64,000 bases of DNA from Selaginella moellendorffii (Eukaryota > Plantae > Lycopodiophyta): positions 705,438 through 769,437 of the forward strand of contig NW_003314347.1 of assembly GCF_000143415.4 (NCBI RefSeq), in the 5' to 3' direction. Below the pieces are notes generated by a model. That model did not search any database and was not told the DNA's origin. It saw nothing but the letters and a program-made list of their open reading frames with translations. A program made the translations under genes and the position numbers. This document shows, in pieces, positions 1-10,436 of the stretch. Each line of letters begins with the position of its first letter. Position 1 is the first letter of the stretch.

Positions 1-84
1 TGGAAGACAGGACGCTGCCTCGCAGGTTATCTGGGCGGGAGGCAGGTCCGTGGCAAGATTGTTGTTTTCTGTTACTCTAGCTCG

Positions 85-122
85 AGGCACTGGGCAGGCA
101 CTGGGCAGGCACTGGGCAGGCA
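85..122. repeat. 11-bp tandem repeat (AGGCACTGGGC) x3.5
   Basis: Read directly: aggcactgggc at 85, 96 and 107, plus a partial aggca. Confidence 0.9.
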
Positions 123-1137
123 TTTGAGCAGACAATGGACACGCTTTTCAGGTCATAGCTGTGTTTCTCTCCTTTCGGATTTTAAAACTCTGATTTACAG
201 ACGGATGATAAAGTCTTACGATCGAAGTGTCGTGTTCACGAAGTTCGTGCAGCTTTTGACAAGTAGAGTGAAGCGTAAATTGAGGCCTTTATTGTTTCCA
301 ATGTGCGCCTCAACGTTTTTACTTTGATATACTGTCAAAGCTAAAGGTATAATCCTTCATACAATACGCAAAACGGCCTTATTAGGATAATTTTTAACTT
401 TTTAAACACTTCTTAGTATATTCTAGTTTATTCAATTGTTTATAAATTATAACTATGTTTATAATATAGATTTTTATTTGATCAATTGAATTAATAAATA
501 GGAATAACACTACTATCAAATCAAACATTCAAGGCACAATAAATTATTATTTTTGTGTATAAAATGCATCATAAACTTTTTATTGGTAGAATGAACTAAC
601 TCAATTCTTATCAGTTCCTTGCAGGAGGCACTTCTTTGAGAGAATACCTTAAGCATGCATAAGAAACATGGATACATTTCACAGACCATGAAAACCTACA
701 ATAATGAAGCAGGGAGACTACAACCACTAGAAGTTTACAGGTTCTACTGGCAAGCAAACAAGGTAAGCAACGACATGCTTGATTTTACTCGCTCCCTAGC
801 AAGGAAGAAAGATGCTAAAATGATAGCTGCTCTAAAAGCTCATCATCTATCTCAGAGAAGGAGATAGTGATCAAAGCTCTAAAGCAGAAGCGAAGACCAT
901 CCCCAAGACCCCTTGGTCGTAAGATGTTTTGTTATCTTTATAGATTCTCACAGATAAGGAATGTCTTGCAGGAAAACCACGGGTTTTAAAGGCCTTCCAG
1001 CGACATTGGGCTCATCATCCAGAAGCTGTTTCAGAGCACATTAACGAGCAGCTACTGGTGAAAAGCATAAAAAGACGGGATAGCATGTCTTCACTTTGAA
1101 AATGTGATACTTGAATTATATAATAATCACTAGCAAA

Positions 1138-4044
1138 TCATGGTACTTTAACTCGAACACTCTCTGTCAGCCATGAATCCAAGAACATACAGATACCTGT
1201 GTTATCCATAACCCCAAGTAAACCTGAAACAACTAGTCGAGGATATATATTATTTAGCTTTAGTAACTGTGGTGGATGATGGTTAGCCTTTGTCTGGACA
1301 CTTTGGAAATTCATCACATCTGTTGTAACAATCAACTTGAGGGAACCATAGTTTGCAAGTTCTCTTACTCGTTTGGCACCCTTGTCATCTTTTTCCTGCT
1401 TCACACGTTGTTTGTATCCTTGACCTTTCTTCTTGTGCAAAAATAACTTACTAAAATCCAATGTAGAACTGGCCTCTCTTCCCATCTTCAACTGTGCAGC
1501 ACATAAAATAAAATTATCCCCCTCAAGTGAGTTCCCAAAAGTCATAAACCACCAAAGGTCAGGGCCACAACTCCTATTCTTGCTAGTAGAAAAGAAAGTA
1601 AAGAAGTCATTCTTACATTCTGTCACACTTTGGATCCAATCTATCAACCTAAAATCTTCAGTCTCTGTCCCTAAGAGGTTTTCATGATCAATCTTCGGCC
1701 TTGCCAACCTTACAATCTTACAATACATATCTGGGATCTTCTCAGTGTTCCATGACGAAATAAAATCCATCAAACATCTGCCATCTAGCTGCTCGGCTAT
1801 CATCTCTACTACTGCCCTTTCATAAATAGCACTAGAACTTAGCTCTGCTTTATCTGAACAACACTGCTCCTGGATGTGTTCCAAGCAAGAGTTCTCCTTA
1901 TAGTAGTGCCACAAGGCATGACAAACCAGTGGCTCTGCAATCTCCACATCACAACCCTCATTTGCTGTAGCATGCCCAATTACTCCATCTTCACCCTTAT
2001 ATACCCACTGCATGAACCCCTGCGACTCTCCCTTCCTATGCACCCTTGCGAGTCCAAATTCCACAAGTGATAGCGTTGGATTCAGAGAGACAGTCTTTCC
2101 TGTGCCAAAGAAATAGTTTGCTACCACGGTCTGGACTAGTGCTTTTACCTCCACTAGCTCATCTTTGGGGACAAGAGAAAAGAACCAGTAAACATCTTCC
2201 AGCAGTGTCCTGTTCACTGTCTTCATAATTTTTGTTGGGCGTATCCTGTCACCATTGTGGTCTAAAAGCATTGAGGCACCCCTCTTTGATGCCATGTCCT
2301 TTGCAAAGTCTAGGAAGAACTTCGTAGCTGCAGATGCCGGGGGGCTACAAACGATATACTGCTCAAGAGCGGTAACAAATTTTCGATATCGTCCTCTGTA
2401 CAGCAGCCCCAACCTCTCAAAGTCTATGGGACTGCAATCCTCCAGTATATTGCTAGCATATTGCTGCAGGGACTGACCATCCCGAAACTCGCCGAAGGTT
2501 GTATACCACAAACTCCTAACACGGTTCAGCATAAACTGAGAAGAAGACTAACATCAGCCATGAAACACAAAAAACGGATACACAAATTATACCTTGGTGT
2601 CATGGTAGACCATTAATCGTCCAGTTCCAGCGAAGATCACTGTCTTGTTGAACCCAGCACCTTGCAGAGCAGTAGCAAACATATCCAGCATCGATCCTTC
2701 AAGGCTTCCTTCACTTCCTGTTCTGAACCTGTTTTTCAGATATCTGTCCACCTCTTGGTACTCGTCCAAAATAATCAAGTAGTTCCAGGGGCACACATGG
2801 AGCATCGTGGTCAAGATGGTGTTCAATACAGGAAGATCATCTGCTGACGTTGCCAGCGTCAAGATGCACCCGGTTAAATAGGCCCAAGGGTCAGCTTGAA
2901 CATAGTTGAGCTGCCGAGGCATAGCCTGCATGAACAGGAAAGCCAAGTTGCTGAGTGGCTTGAGGAGCTCGTCAAACTTTTTGTGAAGGAACAGCCTTGA
3001 CAAAAGCACCGCTTTCAAACAGGTCGTGAGGGATGAAAGCGGGATCGGACCTGTTGGATACAGCCTCTGCAGTGTCTCGGACACAACCAACAGGTCCCGG
3101 GAGCCATCAGCAGTAGGAGAACCGGAACACATGCCGGTGAAGTATAGACAGGTCTGCTGCGCTGCAATTTCGTATAAGCAACGCGTCTTTCCGGCTCCAG
3201 AGACGTCGAATAGAATCAAATGATCGGGGTTGCTAATTCTCATCCATGAAAGAATCTCTCCAGAACCAAGAGGCTGCTCCAGACCATGCCACAAAAGACT
3301 CGGTTGCCAACTTCCCTGGACGTTTATCTGCCAAATTGGAACCTTGGTGAGCGAGAACTTTCTTTTGAATGCGTGCTCAGGGGTCATGCTGGAAATACTG
3401 CTAGAGAGTTCATCGCCAAACTTCTGTAGTATAGCTTCCACAACCCCTGCATAACAAACGCTATTAATAGAGGACAAACGGGCGTTGAGTACCTTTAGTA
3501 ATGGGCTTTCTTCTCTCTATGCGTTGGACGACATGGATACAGCCAGCAACGACAGAGGAGAGTTGATCTCCGAACTTCTGTAGAAGCCCTGCAAAACAAA
3601 CAAACGCTATTGATAAAGGACGAACAGGCGCTCAGTACCTTTGGTAATGGGCTCTCTTCTCGCCACTGCAAAATTACAAAAAATCGTGTTTAGAAGGAAC
3701 GACGAACGATGCAGTCACACAAAAGATCAAAGCACCACTTACAGCCAAAGACATATACCTTTTTCGAAGACATGGATACAATCTGCAACTCTTGGCACAC
3801 GCTGTAGCTCCGCTATTAGCTCCTGCCATCCATACCTCCCCTGATGTTCCCTGCCAACGTAATACTTCAGGGGCTCTGGCGGCTGCCCATCGCTTAGGTA
3901 CTCCAAGAGAGATTTTCCATCTGCACAGAGGCTAGGCCCCACGAACGAGTACTCCACACCCTCACCATCTCGATCAAGAACTCTCTTTGGCAAATCTGGC
4001 CCTTTGGCCCTGAGAAGGACCACAAAATCGTCATCACTCGCCAT
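1138..4044 (-). CDS. Multi-exon Crinkler-like (CR) protein: N-terminal header, P-loop NTPase and C-terminal PD-(D/E)XK restriction-endonuclease-like domain
   Basis: ORFs 3739-4044, 2587-3477 and 1138-2532 can be joined by short GT-AG introns. Motifs: Walker A DVSGAGKTR, Walker B LIILDEYQ, IFAGTG, GRYR, LVEFGLAR...IAEPLV, and GPDL...AQLK at the C-terminus. Confidence 0.7.
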
Positions 4045-5529
4045 ATGTGAAAACCCTGGGTTTTAAAATCAACTTTTATCTTATAGAATAAAAGGTAATG
4101 TTATGGTGGTTGCCGTCTTCGAATCCATTGATAGTTTCTTACCCAGCTCGTGCGATTACCACGGATTTCTGAACCGCTGGAACGATCGCTGGCGCTCCCA
4201 GGACGTGCATTGGGCCGCCAGGGAGGACGAAATCATTCTAGGCCACGAGAATGTGTAGAGATACTCTTCTTCCATGTCCTGAGAGAACATGATGCGCGCG
4301 GGAGAGACGTGGTGCTCTTCCGGCAGCACCTCTACGACGCCATGACTGGACCGACGTGCAAGGGAGAGTCCCAACGCAGATTCAGCGCCTTCTTTACCAC
4401 GAAACTCGACCTAGTTCTCCCCCGCGCTGGGTGATCTTCGCTGAGCTTGCGTGAGCAAAATACTTCTCCTCTTTCATCACTCTCCATTCATGCAATGGTC
4501 AGGTGTCCAGACCCGGAATTGCATCCGCGCCACGGTCTTTGATCAATGATGAGATCACGATCGATTACACCATGACAGTCATTGCCGTCGCCACCGCCAC
4601 CGCCTCACCTGAAATCCAGAGTTCTTTCCTCGCGTTCCTGTTGATGATCATTCACATGTTCTTAAGGTTTATATGTATGATCTTCCAGCAAAATTCCACT
4701 TTGGAATGCTCGATGCAGCAATCTCCGGTCGCTCGTGGCCTCGAAATATTTCCAGCCTTCCTAGCTATCCGGGCGGCCTCTACCAACAGCACAGCCCAGA
4801 GTACTGGATCCGTTGAGCTCAAGAGCCCGTGTAGTGTTTTTGCCGATCCAGTGTTTTTGCCATATCAGGTTGTGGCAGAAAGAAACTTCGTCAAAGCTCC
4901 ACTTTTCTCTTAAGTGAGGCGCGCTCCAGACGCTGATCAAGTGCTCATCTTCTGCAAAACGACGATTCTTGAGATCTCCTCCGTGGCTGACACATTCACC
5001 CGTCTGGAAAAAAAATGTCAAGGCAAGCTTATTTTCCTTTGTTTTGCTCTACTGATATTCCCAGCGGATATGCTGTACTTAACGGTCTGGAAATAGCATC
5101 GAACAATGTTAGACTTAAATTCAATGGTGACACATTACGTGACGTCTAGATTGCCAGTGCTGGTTTCCCAAGGTTTCTTCAGTCTGCAGCGCGAGTTTGG
5201 TGCTGTTGCATGAAAGTGGTCTGTGGAAGAGATGGTTCTCCATGGCGACAAGCTGTGCAGGGTAGCTTTCGACGTGCTATTGGGGTTTTACCACCTTTTC
5301 CTGGTTGAATGCAAGAAGGGATGTCCATAGTTCCTGTTGGCAACGATGGTTTCATGCTGGTCGATCTGGGTTGGGCTTATATTGTGGAGCTGGATTGCTT
5401 GTTCGGCATCAAGTCAAGGAAGCTGCTTCGTCCGATGCCCCGACAAGGTGCGCTGCTGGCCGTCGAGGATTGTGGCCCGTCTCATCAGGGGCAGACAGAA
5501 TTAAAGCAAAACGAGGTGGAACTACTACT

Positions 5530-6050
5530 TACCATGCCTGCTTGTAGCGTTTTGCAGCTATTGTCAAGCACTCGTTCAAGGCTTCTCTCCTGTTCTTTTG
5601 CAAGTTTATGCATCCGGTAGTCTCTTTTTTAGCTTTCTTCTTGTAATTGTCTTCGGTGTAAAAGCCATTCCAGAGCTGTGGCCAACGAGCCCACACTTGG
5701 ATTTGTTTTTGCTGTGAAGGAGCGAAGGACTGCAAAAAGACTTAGTCTGTTCTAAAGGAAAGAAACTCACTTGAAGTTGCTACTTACATTGATTTTGTAT
5801 TGCACAGCCGAAAAGAGCTGCTGGTAATCCACTGGAACAGCTGCTGTGTTGGCTTTAATTGGAGAACTCATGGCAACCTCAAGCATCTCAAAGAATAAAG
5901 TCCATGTTTCATATCAAGCAGCTGCAAAACGAGCTTGGAAGCCTTGGAGAACTTTGAAGGGTTGCCAGTGTAAGTATTAATCTTGACAAAAGCTTTGATT
6001 ACTTTCTCCTTGCTGGTTTCCATGGTGGTCTTGAAATGGACCTGTTTAGC
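5530..6050 (-). pseudogene. Decayed fragments of a conserved plant protein of unknown function
   Basis: Peptides GNPSKFSKASKLVLQLL and REALNECLTIAAKRYKQAW resemble, from memory, the Arabidopsis At3g04560 family. Split across frames, with no complete ORF. Confidence 0.4.
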
Positions 6051-6726
6051 ACCTGAAAAAAAAAAAAAAAACACACCTTTTATGTCAAATACAAAGCTGC
6101 GCTAGGAAATGCTGGCCCAAAAGATTGCTGCAGATCTAAAAGTGGTACCTTGTCTTGCAGAACGCATGACAAATCTGGACACAAAGAAAAAAAATTGCAG
6201 GAGAGAATGCCATGGCAAGATCCAGAAGAAAGCACTGATTAGAAATGAACAAAGAATGCACGAACCTTATATGCTTTGCTAATTGCATCCTGTGATCTTT
6301 GGGATCCTTGGGAGAGTTTACCTTGGGAAGGAGGTCAACCTGATTTGAGCTTTCATCCAAGCAGTAGCCTCATCACGAGAAGCACATGCAACGTTTTAAT
6401 TCTCCCAAAACATTGCCGACAGCCTCTTTCCATTTTCATTTTCGTGGATCGTTGCCAACCCTCAAGCCAGAAGATCCCAGATGCGAATACATATAAATAA
6501 GATGCCAAATATATACATGCAAGTCGTATAACTCTTTCCCTTTAGTATAAAGTTTCTATTAAACCTTAAACCCTTTCTATTTTCTTAGGGTTCTTGAGCT
6601 AGGTAAAGAATGCGATGATTTCGACTCATCCGGGATTCGCCAGATGATCTACAATGAGAGCAGGTGTGGTTTCGCGTCTGAGGATGAGATTCTCGCGAGG
6701 GGCGGCCGATTTTCGTGAATCGGGGC

Positions 6727-8865
6727 ATGCATTTGGGGAGAGGCTCCTGTCCGCTGGTCACGACGAGCAGGGTTGTCAAGAATCTCATCTTGGAGAGATG
6801 GGAGAGCTCTCGAAAGGAAATCCCCAGTTCGAGAGCTCAGCTCTTTCTGGCGGCCCTCAAGGCGTGTGGCGTCACGCGGGACTTGGACGCCGGCAGGTTT
6901 CTACACTCGCGGGTGATCGATAGCGAGGAGAAGCTCGATTTCTACGTGGGGAGCAGCATTATCAACATGTATGCCAAGTGTGGGAGCCTGGAGAATGCGC
7001 GCAGCGTCTTCCAGAGAATGCCGGTCCATGACATCGTCTCCTGGAACGCTCTGATGATGGCGCTGGCGGAGAATGGACAGGAAGAGCTGGCTATGAAGCT
7101 CTTTGCCGCCGCTCACGAGGAAGCCAACGCTCGAACTTTTGTGGCGGCTCTCAAGGCTTGCACGACTTTGGCTGCCAAAGAAGAGTGGAAGAAACTCGAG
7201 GATGGAAGGCTTGTCAAGGTGGAGTCTCTCCAGATCGGGACTGGGATCCATCACCGAGCGGAAAGAAATGGCTGGTGCTCCGACAGCTATCTCATGAACT
7301 CGCTGGTGGATATGTATGCGAAGTGTGGGAGCATGGTGGAAGCTCGAAGAGTTTTTGAGGCGATGGTGGACAAGGACGTGGTGTCTTGGAACGCGCTGCT
7401 GCTCGGATACGTTGACAATGGCGAAGGTGAGATGGCTTTGCAGTTGTTTCTCTCCTCTAGGATGGAGTGTTCTCCGAATTATCTGACTTTTGTTGCTGCT
7501 CTCAAGGCTTGCGCGGCGATGGCAGCGAAGGAAGGAGGCAGGATGCTGGGAAATGGGAGAGTTGCGATCAAGGTTGAATCGCTGGAGAAGGGAATGCGCG
7601 TCCACTCCCTCGCTGTGAAGAACAAGTGTGACAAAAACATGCTCGTCACAAGCGGCTTGATCGCCATGTACGCTAAGTGTGGGAGCATGAGAGATGCTCG
7701 GACGGTCTTCGATAGGATGCCTTGCCATGACCTGGTGCTATGGAACGTTTTGGTGCTGGGATATGGCGAGAACTCGGAGGAAGAGATGGTTCTCGACTTG
7801 GTGTCAAGCATGACACTCAAGGGGTGTTCTATCACGTATGTTGCTGCGATCAAGGCCTGCACAGGGCTATCATCCAGAGAAGAAGGCAAGATGGTCGCCG
7901 GCAAGCTTGTCAAGAGCAATTCTCTCGACGCAGGGAGAGCTATCCACTTCCGAGCAGCGAACTCTGGCTACGACTCGGTCTTGTTTCTCTCGACCAGCTT
8001 GGTGAACTTGTATGCCAAGTGTGGCAGCATGCCAGACGCTCGCAAGGTCTTCGACGCGATGCCTCAACGCACAGTAGCGGTCCACAACGCGATGATGCTC
8101 GGCTATGTGGAGAACAGGGAGGAAGATCAGGCTCTAGAGCTGTTCTTCCGCATGAAGTCCAAGGATGGAGATGGAGAAGGCTTGGAACCGGATTCTCTCA
8201 GCTTTATAGCGGCGCTCAAGGCCTGTGGTGGCATGATGGCCGTGGGTGCCGCGAGGAAAATCCACGCAGAGGTTTGCAGGCTCGGCATGGAGAGCTCGGC
8301 AGTGATGAGCAACTCTTTAGTAGACACTTATGGAAGATGCGGTCGCATGTCCGAGGCTCACGAGCTCTTCACTGCTCTAGCAACGGCGATGGACTCGGTC
8401 ACCTGGACATCGCTCATAGCAGGATATAGCCGACTGGGCGACAGTGATCTTGTCTTCCAGCTCTTCGACCAGATGCTCCTGGAGGGGTTGCAGGCCGACA
8501 AGCTCACATTCAATTCGGTCTTGAGCGCTTGTGCTCACGCTGGTCTGGTGGACAGGGGCAGGAGGGTGTTCCAGGCGATGAGCTCCCCAAAGTTTGGAAT
8601 CAAGCCGGACGTGGAGCACTACACCTGCTTGATCGATATGCTTGGCCGAGCAAACGAGCTGGAGCTGGCCGCTGAGGTATTGGACTCCATGCCGGTTAAA
8701 GCCGATGCTTTCGCGTGGACGACGCTGCTAGGCGCGTGTAACAAGTGGAACAATGTGGCCGTAGGAAAGCTAGCGTACGATGAGTTACTGAGAATCGATG
8801 AGAAAGAAGGGGCAACGTACGTGTTGATGTCTAGTATCTATGGTCATAAAGGTTCTCAACAATAA
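6727..8865 (+). CDS. PLS-class pentatricopeptide repeat protein ending in an E domain (no DYW)
   Basis: Intronless ORF with repeated MYAKCGS..AR.VF..M..D.VSWNAL motifs, HYTCLIDMLGRA and WTTLLGAC. First in-frame ATG is 6727; a transit-peptide-like ATG at 6654 is in another frame. Confidence 0.92.
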   Translation: MHLGRGSCPLVTTSRVVKNLILERWESSRKEIPSSRAQLFLAALKACGVTRDLDAGRFLHSRVIDSEEKLDFYVGSSIINMYAKCGSLENARSVFQRMPVHDIVSWNALMMALAENGQEELAMKLFAAAHEEANARTFVAALKACTTLAAKEEWKKLEDGRLVKVESLQIGTGIHHRAERNGWCSDSYLMNSLVDMYAKCGSMVEARRVFEAMVDKDVVSWNALLLGYVDNGEGEMALQLFLSSRMECSPNYLTFVAALKACAAMAAKEGGRMLGNGRVAIKVESLEKGMRVHSLAVKNKCDKNMLVTSGLIAMYAKCGSMRDARTVFDRMPCHDLVLWNVLVLGYGENSEEEMVLDLVSSMTLKGCSITYVAAIKACTGLSSREEGKMVAGKLVKSNSLDAGRAIHFRAANSGYDSVLFLSTSLVNLYAKCGSMPDARKVFDAMPQRTVAVHNAMMLGYVENREEDQALELFFRMKSKDGDGEGLEPDSLSFIAALKACGGMMAVGAARKIHAEVCRLGMESSAVMSNSLVDTYGRCGRMSEAHELFTALATAMDSVTWTSLIAGYSRLGDSDLVFQLFDQMLLEGLQADKLTFNSVLSACAHAGLVDRGRRVFQAMSSPKFGIKPDVEHYTCLIDMLGRANELELAAEVLDSMPVKADAFAWTTLLGACNKWNNVAVGKLAYDELLRIDEKEGATYVLMSSIYGHKGSQQ

Positions 8866-9181
8866 TAAACGTTACTTAAAAACAGAAGATTTTATTGTTT
8901 AAATTTATTTATAGCAGTAAATTATCTATAAAGAAAAAAAGAGTATTGTTACTTATTTTATTTAACATAAAATAAATGTGCTTAGAATTTCCAAATAAAA
9001 AATCTAATTTAACAGTAGAATTTAGGTTTTCAAAGATAAAATTTAGTAAATAAATGCCTTGTCACTTTTTATTCTGGATGCATTTCTTAGTTTATCAAAG
9101 ACCAAATAAAAAACTCTAGCACATTATTATTGCTAGCTTAAATATATATTAAATAGCCATTTATTAATTAAAAAAAGAAAG

Positions 9182-9185
<4 letters not shown>

Positions 9186-9221
<36 letters not shown>
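9186..9221. repeat. (TA)18 microsatellite
   Basis: Read directly. Confidence 0.95.
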
Positions 9222-9226
<5 letters not shown>

Positions 9227-9642
9227 AGTATGGCAATAAATATGTGATTATGCATAGGAGCATTATATATTTACATGTGTGGTTTTATTTTTTTTATTTT
9301 GAGTTGCATGCAAAAATATTATGTACACAATCACTTTTCAATTGCTTTATAAACAATCAAAACATAATTATTTATATAATGTTTTATCATGGGGTATGCT
9401 ATCTATAATAATAAAAATGAAGGGCACAGACCCCCACAGCCGTCCAATCCAGGGCCATATGGTTCTGGGGAAGGGGAGGCCACCCTAGGCCCAGGCCAGA
9501 GCTGGTGGCCATGGTTAGTAGGAATATCGGCTCAATGTTGTGGTGGCCAATGGGTGGGATGCACATGTGGCTGGGAAAGGAAGAGGGTGTGGTGACAGGT
9601 GTTACACAATGCACTCCTAAGGCTCCATGGCTGCTTTGCTTC

Positions 9643-9781
9643 AACACAGTTGTGTGGGCATTCCTGTGAGAGTTTGTGCGTCTGTAAGCTCCTAAAGGAG
9701 GTGCTCACAGGGATAACAGGGGCAAGTAGAATGGTAGTTGGGCACACAATCCAGGCTCCTTTTGGGATCAACTCACTTGTG
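9643..9781 (+). pseudogene. Captured fragment of a Shewanella-like protein phosphatase (SLP2-like)
   Basis: CKLLKEVLTGITGASRMVVGHTIQAPFGINSL matches the SLP C-terminal RMxxGHTIQ..GIN motif. Confidence 0.65.
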
Positions 9782-10019
9782 CACAGTGCGTGAGCAGCAC
9801 CATAGGCAGGGCTGGTGAGGGAGTGTGCCAGAAATGAAGAGCTGGCCTATGCTTGAATCCTGGAGCTGTGGCAGCGGGTGTGGGTGATGCAAGGTATGAG
9901 AGTGACATGAAGGTGTGCAACTTGAAGGCGTCAAGGGAGTTCTTTAAGTTGTCAAAGGAGGGGAAGCTGAAGAATCTGAAGTACATTGCCAGTGATCCTC
10001 CAGCATCCTCTTGAAGAGC

Positions 10020-10436
10020 CTGAGAGCTTGAGGCTATGTCTCCCTGGTGGCAGTAGCCGGCGATGATCATGTTCCAAGTCATGGCATCACATCCCGCACT
10101 GGCCACCGAGTCAAAAACTTCACGAGCTTCCGCCATACAGCCGGACTGTCCGTAAAAGCCCAGCAGAGAATTCACGATGACCACCTCAGCCTCCCTCTCG
10201 GCGTGATGGATCTGCTGGTGGATGGCCCTTCTGGTCTCCAGAGCCATGGAGCTCCCACAGGCCCAGAGCACAACAGCGTAAGTTGGAGCATCAAGTACCA
10301 GGCCTTGGACTTGCTGCATCCGTGAGAAGAGATCCAGTGCAGCCGGTGCTTGCTCCACCTGGACGTATTCGAGCATCAGTGTCGTCCACGAGACAATGTC
10401 ATGCCTCTCCATCCGGTCAAAGACTCTCCACACATC
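10020..10436 (-). pseudogene. Captured PPR gene fragment inside the Helitron
   Basis: RVFDRMERHDIVSWTTLM...NSLLGFYGQSGCMAEAREVFD...TWNMIIAGYCHQG, truncated at both ends. Confidence 0.8.

Noticed and set aside
151-162. GGTCATAGCTGT resembles the M13 reverse primer site
   Set aside because: Only 12 bp match and there is no flanking lac or vector sequence; likely chance.
620-1060. Short exon-like segments on the + strand (ORF 655-867)
   Set aside because: In-frame stops and no recognisable motif, so no product can be assigned.
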